Part shown: piece after piece, positions 54,733-63,960 of the stretch
How the letters are laid out: every line of letters starts with the position of its first letter
Numbering within the stretch: the stretch's first letter is position 1
NCBI GenBank assembly: GCA_019634635.1
Contig: JAHCBB010000005.1
Location: 173,474 to 237,473, forward strand
Reading direction: 5' to 3'
DNA length: 64,000 bases
Source: Verrucomicrobiia bacterium
GTDB lineage: Bacteria; Verrucomicrobiota; Verrucomicrobiia; Limisphaerales; UBA9464
Translations under genes and position numbers: made by a program
The notes under the pieces: model-generated
The model's input: only the letters and a program-made list of their open reading frames with translations
Told to the model about the DNA's origin: nothing
Databases searched by the model: none

Positions 54733-57700
54733 TTGATGATTGGACGGCCATGTCCCGCCCCAACCGCCAACATGGCTGAAACCGGCCCATCGGCCTCCGC
54801 CTCCGCCTCCGGCGCCTCGCCGGACACGGCCGCATCGGCCGCGTCCGCGTTGGGCAGCGCCACCTACGAGGTCATCCGCCAGCGGTTACGGACGCATGCG
54901 GAACAGCTCCGCGAACGGATGGGGCAGCTCGACGCGCGGCGGCGCGAGGTGTTCGGGAGCATCGAGTCGAAACTTCTCCAGGCCGACCGCATTACCACGG
55001 CCCACAACTGCATCCCCCAGGATCTGACGCAGCTCGACCACGGCCGGTTCCTCTTCGGGTTCAACGTCCAGTTTGGACTCAAAAGGGCGGTGGAGCTGGG
55101 CGACGTGTTTGCCGTCTTCGCCCGGGACGACGAGGTCGGCACCTTCAAGGAGGGCGGGCTGGATCCCCTGATGGACCCGCGGTTCCTGACCGACTTCAAG
55201 CGCCTCTATCACGTTTATGAGCGCACGGTGTTCTCGAAGTTTGCCCTGGGCGACGGCCACCTGTTCATGGTGTTCCGGACCGGCGCGGGTCCGGGGGACC
55301 TCGCGGTGTTCAAATGGGCCTTCGACGGCGACGGACTGCGGTATGTGGACGGGCGCGCGGAGGCGGAATACCGCAGGAACGGGTTCCCACCCGCACACGA
55401 GTTTCGCTGGCAGGTGCCGGACCGGGAGTCCTACCGGTATGGCGATCATCCCCACATCTCCATTCAGGACCGCGTGTTCGTGGAATGCATCGGTGGCGAC
55501 CTGACGATCAAGGTCGAGGACAACACCGCCACGGGCGAGGGCGTCTATTCCGAGCCGGTGGACGACCGCCATCAGAAGGTGGACGACGCCGAGATCGCCT
55601 ATGCGCTCCTCGGGCACCTGATTCTGCTGAAGATCCGGCCCTACAAGGAGGCTGCGGCGCGCTTCTTCATCTTCAACGAGAAGCTCCAGAGCGCCGTTCG
55701 CGTGGATTCGCTCGGGCAGTCCTGCGCGCTGCTGCCGGAGGATCACGGGCTGATTTTTCCGGACGGTTACTATCTCGCGACGGGCGGGCTGAAGCGGTTC
55801 GAGAACCGGGAGCGCCTGATGGTGTTGGAGCGCGTGATTCACGCACCGAACGGCGAGGATTCGCTGTATGTGTTTTTCGCGCCGGATTCCGGTTTGTACG
55901 CGTTGCTGCATTACCGGTTGATCGCGCAGCGGGTGGACGAACGGATCACCTGCCACGGCTTCTCGCTCTTTCCCAACGGCCATCTCGTCCTGTCCCGGGC
56001 CGACCCGGCCCCGCAAAAGCACCACACGATCCAGCTCCGGCAGACCCCGTTCCACCGCGCCGGTTTCGAGCCGCCCGGCCGGCGCGACGCCTTCCTTCAC
56101 CGCGTGGGCAACAAGGAGGTCGTCCGCTGCCTTGCCGAGGCCAACGAGGTGCTCACGCTCGCGCTCCGGGACGATCCCTACGCCGAGCTCTATGTGGATC
56201 TGGTGCGCCGTTGCGACGCCCTGCTTGACGCCCATCCGTGGCTTGCGGAGCCGGACGGCTTCCGCGTGGACGACGCGCTGCGCCAGGTGCGTGCGGTGGC
56301 GGACCAGGCGGTGGACGAGTTCGACAGGGTGCGCCGGCTCCAGCAGGATGCCGTGCGACAGCTGGTGGAGGCCCGCAGGCACTGCGAGGAGCGCGCCGAC
56401 CTCGTCCGCCGTGCCGGCCGCGACACGCTGGAGGACTTCGTGCACCACCTGGCCGCGCTGCGACAGCTGCGTGGCGAGCTGATCACCCTCCGGGAGGTGC
56501 GCTACGCGGACGTGCCGCAGGTCACCGCGCTGGAGGAATCGGTGGCCGCGCAGACGGAGGCGTTTGCCGCGGAGTGCGTGACGTTTCTCCTGAAGCCCGA
56601 GGCGCTGGAGCCCTACCGCAAGACGGCGGCGGCCCATCTCGCTGCGGTGGAGCAGGTGACGAGGGCCGCCGAGGGGAGGCGGATCGAGCAGGCCGTGGGC
56701 GAAGCCGGCGGCGCGCTGGAGATGCTCATCGAGATCGTCAACAGCCTCAAGATCGAGGATGCCACCGAGACCACGCGCATCATTGATGGCATCACGGCGG
56801 TGTATGCCACGCTCAACCAGGTCCGGGCGGCGTTGAAGAACCGGCTTTCGTCGCTGATGGCCGCGGAAGGTGCGGCCCAGTTCCACGCGCAGCTCAAGCT
56901 CCTCGGCCAGTCCGCCGCCAGTTACCTCGACCTCTGCGATTCCCCCGGCAAATGTGACGAGTACCTCAACCGGCTTGCGGTGCAGATCGAGGAACTGGAG
57001 GGGGCGTTTGCGGGCTTCGAGGACTACACCGTTCAGCTCGCCGAACGACGCACCGAACTCTACGAGGCGTTCGAGCAGCGCAAGCTGGCGCTGGTCGGCC
57101 AGCGCAATCAGCGCGCCAGCGCGCTGATGACCGCCGTCGAGCGCATCCTCAAGGTCGTCCAGAACCGCCTGGCCTCCTTCAAGACCGTCGAGGAGATCCA
57201 CGCCTACATGGCGTCGGATCTCATGACGGCGAAGATCCGCGAGACGATCGGGCAGTTGCTGGAGCTCGGCGACGCGGTCAAGGCCGACGATCTTCAGGGC
57301 CGCATCAAGGCCGTGCAGCAGGAGGCCGTGCGGCAGCTCAAGGACCGGCAGGATTTGTTTGCGGGCGGGACGGACGTCATCCAGCTCGGCCGGCACCGGT
57401 TCAACGTCAACACCCAGCCGCTGGACCTCACGGTGGTCCAGCGGGATGGCGTGCAGCATCTGCACCTGACGGGCACGAAGTACTTCGAGCCGATCACCGA
57501 TGAAGCGTTCCTGGCCACGCGCGCCGTATGGGATCAGGAGAGCCTCTCGGAGAATCCCACGGTGTATCGTGCCGAGTACCTTGCCTGGCAGCTGCTCAAG
57601 TCGCTGGAGGCCGGGCCATCAATCGGTTCCGGCGGGAGCGAGCCCACATCGGGGACGGCCCGCGTGGAGGCGTTTCTTGGCATGTCGGCGGAGGAGCGCC

Positions 57701-60354
57701 TCGGGTATGTGCAGGCGTTCATGGGGCCGCGGTATTCGGAGGCCTACACGCGGGGTGTCCACGACCTCGACGCCGCACAAATCGCCCTGGCGCTGGCCTC
57801 GACGCATATCGCGTTGCAACTGGCGCGCTTTCATCCCACGGCCCGCGCCGCCGCCGTCGTGTTCTGGACGGGCTTCTGTCCCGCGGACCTCCACGCCCTC
57901 TGGACCCACAAGCTGAAGGGCTTCGCCGGTCGCAACCGCCTGTTCCCCGGCGACCCGGCGCAGCGCGGGTACATCCGGGGGCTGGGTGAACTCATCGCCG
58001 GATTCCTGCGGGCGACGTCGCTGTATCCGGAGGCTCATGCCGAAGAGGCAGGGGAGTATCTCTTCCACGAGCTGGTTCAAGGCGAGGCGTTCGTCGTCAG
58101 CCGCGAGGCGGACCGCCTGGCTGCGGCGTTTCAGCAGCATCTCGTGGCGAAGGGTGCCGACGAAGCATTCCGCGCCGCACGCGAGCCGCTGGTTCCGCAT
58201 CCGGCGAGCGAGCTGGAGCTGGTCCGCGACTGGGTGCGCGGCGGCCTGCTCCTGCATCCCGGGTCCGAACCGCACCTGGAGGAGGTCACGGCCATCGTTT
58301 TCTGCGGCGACCGGATGCCACGCACGCCGGTGAACGCCGGGCTGCGGCAGGAACTCGGGGACCTGCGGGGGGCGCATCCGTTGATCTCGGGCGCCAGGTA
58401 CGTCTTTGATTACCTCGATTTCACGACGCGGCTGCGTCGCTTCGAGCGGGAGGTCCAACCGTGCTTCGAGACGTTTCACCGGCTGAAGCAGCGTCTGATG
58501 GATCAGGAACGCGCGCGCCTTCGCCTCGACGAATTCCGTCCGCGCGTGCTGTCGTCGTTCGTCCGCAACGAGCTCATTGACCGCGCCTACCTGCCGATGG
58601 TCGGCGACAACCTCGCCAAGCAGATCGGCGCGGCGGGTGCGGCGCGGCGCACCGACCTTATGGGACTGCTGCTGCTCATCTCGCCGCCCGGGTACGGCAA
58701 GACCACGCTCCTTGAATATATCGCAAGCCGTCTCGGGCTGGTCTTCGTCAAGATCAACGGCCCGGCCCTCGGGCATCAGGTTGTCTCGCTCGATCCCGAG
58801 GAGGCCGGCAACGCGGCCGCCCGGGAGGAGATCCACAGGCTGAACCTCGCGCTGGAGATGGGGGACAACACGATGATCTGCGTGGACGACATCCAGCACT
58901 GCAGCCCGGAGTTCCTCCAGAAATTCATCTCCCTCTGCGACGGCCAGCGAAAGATCGAGGGGGTCTGGCGCGGCCGGCCCAGGACCTATGACCTGCGCGG
59001 GCGCAAGGTGGTCGTCGTCATGGCGGGCAACCCCTACACCGAGAGCGGGCAGAAGTTCAAAATCCCCGACATGCTCGCGAACCGCGCCGACACGTACAAT
59101 CTCGGCGACATCGTCGGGAACAATGGCGAGTGGTTCAAGGCGAGCTACCTCGAGAACTGCGTCACCTCCAACGCCGTGCTCGCACCGCTGGCCAGTCGTA
59201 GTCCGCAGGACGTTCGCACCTTCATCCGGATGGCGGAATCGGGCGACCGGACGAATGCCACCGCCCTGGAGGGCGGCTATTCGGCGCAGGATGTGGAGGA
59301 GATCCTCAAGGTCATGCGCCGGCTGGTGGCGCTGCGTGAGATCGTGCTCAAGGTGAACCTCGCCTACATTGATTCCGCCGCGCAGGCCGACGAATTCCGC
59401 ACCGAGCCGCCGTTCCGGCTTCAGGGGTCCTACCGCAACATGAACCGGCTCGCCGAAAAGGTTGTGCCGGTTATGAATGACGAGGAGATCCGCACGCTCA
59501 TCCTTGACCACTACAAGGGGGAATCCCAGACGCTCACCACCGGTGCGGAGGCGAATCTGCTCAAATTCAAGGAGCTGTTCGGCGTCATCGCCCCGGACGA
59601 AGCGGCACGGTGGGCGGAGATCAAAAAGACCTTCCAGCGCAACCAGATCACGCGCGGCAACGGGCAGGACGATCCGGTCAGCCGCGTGGTGGGCCAGCTG
59701 GCGGCCTTTCAGAGCGGACTGGATTCCATTGGTCAGACCCTCCGGTCCGGTCTGTCGCGTGAGCCCGCGCCGCTCCATCTGGACCTCGCCGCCGTCGAGC
59801 GGAGTCTGGGGGCGATCGAATCGGCGTTGAGACAACGAGCCGATCCACCGGCAACCGCGCCGGCCTCCGTGGTCATGGATCTCGCGCCGGTGCGCCAGTC
59901 CTTGGAGGCGTTGCGTGAGACGTTGGCGGCGCAATGGCGCTCCGCCGTTCCAGCCCCCGTCGAGGCCGGACAGGACGGCGGGCTGAGCCAGCAGGTGACC
60001 GATGGATTGCGGGGACTGCGCGAGGACCTCAGTCGCGCGATCACGGCCGTGCATTCCGGCACGATGGCGGAAGCGATGAAGCGCATGGAGCACGAGATGG
60101 AGATGGTCCATAGCACGCTGGCGACGTTGAAGGACATCGCAGTCCGCCAGCGGGATCACGTCCGCAACGCCGAGGAACTGCTGGCCACCCGCGCCCGCCA
60201 GGGCACGGTTGAGATCGAGCTGACCCAGGAAATGCTGAGCAACGAACGCGCCTTCCTGGAGAAATTTCATCAGGTCCTGGAGGGCGCGCAGCCGCAGCGT
60301 GCGGGAAATGCCGGCCAGGAGCCGCCGAAGCGGCCGCAACCGCCGGCGGACTGA
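54733..60354 (+). CDS. 1873-aa protein of unknown function with a single MoxR/dynein-type (AAA_5-like) P-loop ATPase domain near residues ~1290-1460.
   Basis: Walker A LLLISPPGYGKTTLLEYIASRLG. Walker B MICVDDIQHC. Sensor 1 KVVVVMAGNPYTESG. KIPDMLANRADTYNLG lies in the Arg-finger region. The first ~1250 residues have a beta-rich section (residues ~100-480) then a long helical region, with no family recognised. The C-terminal ~350 residues are helical. It starts 6 nt after the flotillin stop; an alternative start at Met14 (54772). Confidence 0.65.
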   Translation: MMIGRPCPAPTANMAETGPSASASASGASPDTAASAASALGSATYEVIRQRLRTHAEQLRERMGQLDARRREVFGSIESKLLQADRITTAHNCIPQDLTQLDHGRFLFGFNVQFGLKRAVELGDVFAVFARDDEVGTFKEGGLDPLMDPRFLTDFKRLYHVYERTVFSKFALGDGHLFMVFRTGAGPGDLAVFKWAFDGDGLRYVDGRAEAEYRRNGFPPAHEFRWQVPDRESYRYGDHPHISIQDRVFVECIGGDLTIKVEDNTATGEGVYSEPVDDRHQKVDDAEIAYALLGHLILLKIRPYKEAAARFFIFNEKLQSAVRVDSLGQSCALLPEDHGLIFPDGYYLATGGLKRFENRERLMVLERVIHAPNGEDSLYVFFAPDSGLYALLHYRLIAQRVDERITCHGFSLFPNGHLVLSRADPAPQKHHTIQLRQTPFHRAGFEPPGRRDAFLHRVGNKEVVRCLAEANEVLTLALRDDPYAELYVDLVRRCDALLDAHPWLAEPDGFRVDDALRQVRAVADQAVDEFDRVRRLQQDAVRQLVEARRHCEERADLVRRAGRDTLEDFVHHLAALRQLRGELITLREVRYADVPQVTALEESVAAQTEAFAAECVTFLLKPEALEPYRKTAAAHLAAVEQVTRAAEGRRIEQAVGEAGGALEMLIEIVNSLKIEDATETTRIIDGITAVYATLNQVRAALKNRLSSLMAAEGAAQFHAQLKLLGQSAASYLDLCDSPGKCDEYLNRLAVQIEELEGAFAGFEDYTVQLAERRTELYEAFEQRKLALVGQRNQRASALMTAVERILKVVQNRLASFKTVEEIHAYMASDLMTAKIRETIGQLLELGDAVKADDLQGRIKAVQQEAVRQLKDRQDLFAGGTDVIQLGRHRFNVNTQPLDLTVVQRDGVQHLHLTGTKYFEPITDEAFLATRAVWDQESLSENPTVYRAEYLAWQLLKSLEAGPSIGSGGSEPTSGTARVEAFLGMSAEERLGYVQAFMGPRYSEAYTRGVHDLDAAQIALALASTHIALQLARFHPTARAAAVVFWTGFCPADLHALWTHKLKGFAGRNRLFPGDPAQRGYIRGLGELIAGFLRATSLYPEAHAEEAGEYLFHELVQGEAFVVSREADRLAAAFQQHLVAKGADEAFRAAREPLVPHPASELELVRDWVRGGLLLHPGSEPHLEEVTAIVFCGDRMPRTPVNAGLRQELGDLRGAHPLISGARYVFDYLDFTTRLRRFEREVQPCFETFHRLKQRLMDQERARLRLDEFRPRVLSSFVRNELIDRAYLPMVGDNLAKQIGAAGAARRTDLMGLLLLISPPGYGKTTLLEYIASRLGLVFVKINGPALGHQVVSLDPEEAGNAAAREEIHRLNLALEMGDNTMICVDDIQHCSPEFLQKFISLCDGQRKIEGVWRGRPRTYDLRGRKVVVVMAGNPYTESGQKFKIPDMLANRADTYNLGDIVGNNGEWFKASYLENCVTSNAVLAPLASRSPQDVRTFIRMAESGDRTNATALEGGYSAQDVEEILKVMRRLVALREIVLKVNLAYIDSAAQADEFRTEPPFRLQGSYRNMNRLAEKVVPVMNDEEIRTLILDHYKGESQTLTTGAEANLLKFKELFGVIAPDEAARWAEIKKTFQRNQITRGNGQDDPVSRVVGQLAAFQSGLDSIGQTLRSGLSREPAPLHLDLAAVERSLGAIESALRQRADPPATAPASVVMDLAPVRQSLEALRETLAAQWRSAVPAPVEAGQDGGLSQQVTDGLRGLREDLSRAITAVHSGTMAEAMKRMEHEMEMVHSTLATLKDIAVRQRDHVRNAEELLATRARQGTVEIELTQEMLSNERAFLEKFHQVLEGAQPQRAGNAGQEPPKRPQPPAD

Positions 60355-60522
60355 CCCGGAGATGAGCGCCATGATAACCCGGTGCAGGGCGACGGCCGCC
60401 GGCAGCCCGCGTAGGGATCACCGGAAGTCCAGGGTGCGTCGCCAAAGCGGCTCCGCGGTTCACCCGGTCCCCCGGTCCCGCGATCTCAACCGTCGCCAAC
60501 GAACCGTTTCCCCGAAGTCCCC

Positions 60523-61386
60523 ATGAACAAGATCCAGGCCCGCCTCGAATCCCTCCGTCGCAAGGCGGACCAGTGGAAACAGGTCATCGAAAGTGCACCA
60601 GCGCAGGCTGAGCGCCTGCGCGTGGCCGTGAACACGGCTGCCGGCCAGTTCCAACAGTTGCGCTCCGAAGTCCAGGGGGCTGTCGCCGGGTTGCGGATGC
60701 ATGATGACCGCCATCTTGCCGCAGCCCTGTTGGAGATTCATGAGCATCAGGCCGCCTTCCTCCGCGCCGGCTATGAGCTCGCCGGCCTGGATCTTGAGCC
60801 GGGAATTGCGCCGCGATTGATGGTGCATCTTGAAAGGCTGGACGATGTCGGGACGTCCACACGGCGCGCCGTTCTCGAAGAGACCCGACAGATGCCGACC
60901 GTCCATGCCCTTGTCTCCGCCATTCTCAAGGCGGAGGAGGTGGCTGCCGGGGTTCGGCTGACCGGCCTGGCGTACTGCAAGTTGATCGTCCAGGTGGGTC
61001 CCAGTCCGACCGTTCGTATTGGCTGGAGGCGTGAGGATTTTGAGGAGTCAGCGTCCAGGCCTGGATCCGCACCCGCGCCCGCCGCCACGGCCCCGCCTCC
61101 AGTCCGGAACGAACAGCCCACCTCGGGCTTCTTCGAGCGGTCCGAACCCGCGGCCTCTCCGGGCTCGTCATCACCTTCAGCCACAGCTTCGTCCGAGGCG
61201 GCATCCGTGCCCGTCCCGTTCCGTCCCGCGCCCCAGCCCGCGCGCAGCCTGAGTCCGCTCCGTGTCGCCCCGATTGCGTTGAGCACACCGTTGCGACCGC
61301 GGCCGGAGGGCGATTCCGGCGGCGGGGAGGCGCGCGATTCGTTGGAGCGATTCAAGCGCATGCCCGACCTGACCGGCCGCGGTTGA
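60523..61386 (+). CDS. Hypothetical protein (287 aa): N-terminal helical/coiled-coil half and a Pro/Ser/Ala-rich disordered C-terminal half.
   Basis: MNKIQARLESLRRKADQWKQVIESAPAQAERLRVAVNTAAGQFQQLRSEVQ... then ...SASRPGSAPAPAATAPPPVRNEQPTSGFFERSEPAASPGSSSPSATASSEAASVPVPFRPAPQP.... Same strand, 168 nt downstream of the giant ATPase gene. Confidence 0.5.
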   Translation: MNKIQARLESLRRKADQWKQVIESAPAQAERLRVAVNTAAGQFQQLRSEVQGAVAGLRMHDDRHLAAALLEIHEHQAAFLRAGYELAGLDLEPGIAPRLMVHLERLDDVGTSTRRAVLEETRQMPTVHALVSAILKAEEVAAGVRLTGLAYCKLIVQVGPSPTVRIGWRREDFEESASRPGSAPAPAATAPPPVRNEQPTSGFFERSEPAASPGSSSPSATASSEAASVPVPFRPAPQPARSLSPLRVAPIALSTPLRPRPEGDSGGGEARDSLERFKRMPDLTGRG

Positions 61387-61805
61387 GCGGCGGCGTTGCA
61401 CGGCGGGCGAAACTCCCGGTCCACCCGTCCGGCAGGGCGTCGCTGCAGGTGAATCTGATCTACCAGTCCCGCGCCTTCTCGAACCGGCCGCTCTCCGCCG
61501 GCTGGAGCGTTAGCCCGATTGTCAACGGCCTCCGCACGGACGTCGTCCTCGGCGCCGTGGATATCGGGGCGGGATTTGCCTACGAGGTGGATCTGGGGAT
61601 CGGAGTGGCCGTGGACGAAATCCTCATCTTCCCCCGCCAGGACGGCCGCGGTATGGGCCGGTTCACCAACCTCCGAGTTGAGCTCCTCGAAGACGAGGAC
61701 TGCCAGGCGGGCAAGAGAAACGGGTCTGTCGATCTGTTCACGGATGGATCCAACTCAGGTTCCGGGAGAGACCTTGGCGTACCAACGGAATCCGCGGATC
61801 GCGCC

Positions 61806-62633
61806 TCAAGGTCCGAGGCAGCGTCGGGAAACCGGCCCGGGCCGGATTTCTGCAAGGAGCAGGGTATCCGCGGCGACACCGTAGGGCCCCTCGGCAACCG
61901 GGTTGCCGGAGGAATCCATCAGCAGCGAGCCGCCGATGCAGTGGCGTCCCGCCCAGGGGCCTCCGGTGAGGACCCCGACGTTGCTGACACCTGCGAACCA
62001 GAGGCCGAACTCGCGGGCCACCGGACCGTAGCAGTCACGCCAGAGGCGTCCGTAGGGTTCGCGAACCGGATCGTGGTCGGCGGGAACGGCCCAGGCGCAT
62101 GGCGACAGAATCAACTGGGCGCCCAGCAGACCCAGGGTCCGGCTGATGGGATGTCCGGGCACAAAGGCGTCTGCACAAATCAGGATTCCGATCCTTCCAA
62201 ATGGGGTATCGGCGACCGCGACCCGATCGCCCCGTGCGTAGAGCGCGTGGGCGAACTCCAGTTCGTTGATTTTGCGATGGTGCAGCACCACCGCACCGGT
62301 GTCCGCAATCAGGACGGCGGCGTTGAACACGCGGGCCCCGTCACGCTCCGTGATACCGGCGCAGACCCAGATCCGGTGGGCCTGGGCGGCATGCCTCAGC
62401 GCCTGACATGCGGCTCCGTCGGGAATCGGGCTGGCGCGATTGGCAGCCGAAGGATCCGTCCAACCGAGGTCCATCGCCTCGGGCAGGAGAACGATCCGGG
62501 CACCCCGGGCCGCCGCCTCGGCAATGCCTTGTCGGGCGCGATCTAGGTTGCCGGAAAGGTCGCCGCCCGTGACCAGCATTTGAGCCATCGCGAGGGGGAA
62601 GGGGAAGGGGGATGGGGAGAGATCGCTGGTCAT
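61806..62633 (-). CDS. Carbon-nitrogen hydrolase (nitrilase superfamily).
   Basis: MAQMLVTGGDLSGNLDRARQGIAEAAARGARIVLLPEAMDLGW (catalytic Glu region). GAVVLHHRKINELEF (Lys). GILICADAF (catalytic Cys in ICAD). Start taken at MTSDLSPSP; the alternative MAQMLV is 15 codons downstream. Confidence 0.7.
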   Translation of the reverse strand: MTSDLSPSPFPFPLAMAQMLVTGGDLSGNLDRARQGIAEAAARGARIVLLPEAMDLGWTDPSAANRASPIPDGAACQALRHAAQAHRIWVCAGITERDGARVFNAAVLIADTGAVVLHHRKINELEFAHALYARGDRVAVADTPFGRIGILICADAFVPGHPISRTLGLLGAQLILSPCAWAVPADHDPVREPYGRLWRDCYGPVAREFGLWFAGVSNVGVLTGGPWAGRHCIGGSLLMDSSGNPVAEGPYGVAADTLLLAEIRPGPVSRRCLGP

Positions 62634-62690
62634 GGGGCCGATGATTGGGGCGTCCGGGGCGATTTGTTTCGATTGTTGGTGCCTGCTGCA
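62168..62690. repeat. Direct repeat copy A (~520 bp, ~90% identical to 63448..63960). It covers the upstream region plus the first ~155 codons of the CN-hydrolase gene.
   Basis: Alignable by eye: ...gcacaaatcaggattccgatccttccaaa(t/c)gggg... through ...ggggcgatttgtttcgat(t/c)gttggtgcc. Confidence 0.6.
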
Positions 62691-62748
62691 ATGACCTGTC
62701 CCTCCGTTCCCACCTCGCTGGGTCGCGCTGCGCCGCGCCTCCTCCAGT

Positions 62749-63168
62749 TCAGCCACGGTTGATTGCCCAGAGCAGGGGCACTCCGCCCCATTGCCGTATC
62801 CGCGTGTCGTCGCTGACCAACCGCAACCCGTGCACCAGCGCGGTCGCCACGATGAGTTGGTCGGCGGGATCCTCGTGAAACCCTGCGGCCTGCAGGGTGG
62901 TTACCCTCTCCGCAATGGCGGGCGTGATGGGGAGCACGGTGAGCTCCGGGGTGACGGCCAGGCGGAAGAACTCCGTAAGCGGCACCGCGAGCTCCAGTCG
63001 TCCCAACTCGACCAGCTTTGCGGCCTCCCAGAGTGAAATGTCTGCGAGGGCCAGGGAACCGGCGTGCGAGGTCAAGGTTCGGTCCACCAGCGGCGGCAGG
63101 CGGTCGCCACACGCCCGTTGAATCCAGGTATGGGTGTCGAGGAGATGAGTCACGGGGAGGCCTCCCAC
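62749..63168 (-). CDS. vapC: PIN-domain toxin (VapC-like, type II toxin-antitoxin).
   Basis: THLLDTHTWIW (N-terminal acidic Asp), LSLADISLWE and DPADQLIVATALVHGLRLVSDD (PIN acidic quartet). Overlaps the upstream antitoxin gene by 19 nt. Confidence 0.75.
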   Translation of the reverse strand: MGGLPVTHLLDTHTWIQRACGDRLPPLVDRTLTSHAGSLALADISLWEAAKLVELGRLELAVPLTEFFRLAVTPELTVLPITPAIAERVTTLQAAGFHEDPADQLIVATALVHGLRLVSDDTRIRQWGGVPLLWAINRG

Positions 63169-63380
63169 GCGAGTCCCGTGCTGTGAATATCCCCGGTGAT
63201 CCTGATCTTGCCTTTAAGCGCGCCCTGCCAGGTCTTCGGCTGGACCCGCTGGAACACAAATTCCCGGCCTCCCGACGTTACAAAAACGGGTTCCCCGGCG
63301 GCGGCGACTTTCCGAATGCGGGCGAAGTCTCGTTGGAATTCGCGCGAGGATACCTTCATGGCTGACAATTTGTCTGACAC
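63150..63380 (-). CDS. Type II antitoxin (Phd/YefM-like, prevent-host-death family).
   Basis: MKVSSREFQRDFARIRKVAAAGEPVFVTSGGREFVFQRV. Small (69-76 aa). Translationally coupled to the PIN gene. Confidence 0.6.
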   Translation of the reverse strand: MSDKLSAMKVSSREFQRDFARIRKVAAAGEPVFVTSGGREFVFQRVQPKTWQGALKGKIRITGDIHSTGLAWEASP

Positions 63381-63392
63381 GAACGCTGAATG

Positions 63393-63908
63393 TCAAGACG
63401 ACGCCCACGGTCCGGACGGAGGGACAGGTCCTTGGTGGCCCTCATAGGCATCCGCACAAATCAGGATTCCGATCCTTCCAAACGGGGTGACCGCGACCGC
63501 GACCTGATCACCCGGTGCGTAGAGCGCGTGAGCGAACTTCAGTTCGTTGAATTTGCGATGGTGCAGCACCACCGCTCCGGCGTCCGAGATTAGCACGGCG
63601 GCGTTGAACACCCGGTTCCCGTCGCGCCCGGTGATCCCGGCGCAGATCCATATCCGGTGGGCTTTGGCGGCACGCCTCAGTGCCTGACATGCGGTTCCGT
63701 CGGGAATTGGGCTGGCGTGATCGGCTGTCCACGGATCCGTCCAGCCGAGGTCCATCGCCTCGGGAAGGAGAACGATCCGGGCACCCCGGGCCGCCGCCTC
63801 GGCGATGCGTTGCCGGGCGCGATCGAGGTTGCCGGAAAGGTCGCCGCCCGTGACAAGCATTTGAGCCATCGCGAGGGGGAACGGGACGGGGGAGGGAGCG
63901 GTGGTCAT
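63393..63908 (-). pseudogene. Truncated duplicate of the CN-hydrolase gene (first ~158 codons, then an unrelated 13-codon tail).
   Basis: MTTAPSPVPFPLAMAQMLVTGGDLSGNLDRARQRIAEAAARGARIVLLPEAMDLGWTDP...GILICADA is nearly identical to 61806..62633 up to ICADA, then YEGHQGPVPPSGPWASS and a stop. Confidence 0.55.
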
Positions 63909-63960
63909 GGGGCCGATGGTTGAGGCGTCCGGGGCGATTTGTTTCGATCGTTGGTGCCCG
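63448..63960. repeat. Direct repeat copy B (partner of 62168..62690).
   Basis: See copy A. The intervening 62691..63447 carries the vapBC-like pair. Confidence 0.6.

Noticed and set aside
52048-60372. Minus-strand ORFs 52048..54543 (831 aa), 54886..57465 (859 aa) and 57619..60372 (917 aa).
   Set aside because: Antisense shadows of the flotillin and giant ATPase genes. The + strand products carry clear SPFH and P-loop motifs, while the minus-strand ones have no recognisable motifs.
60355-60522. Possible tRNA in the 168-nt gap after the giant ATPase gene, because of a GGTTCAC-like element at about 60455.
   Set aside because: No acceptor or T-stem pairing, no anticodon-arm structure and no CCA-compatible 3' end could be drawn around it.
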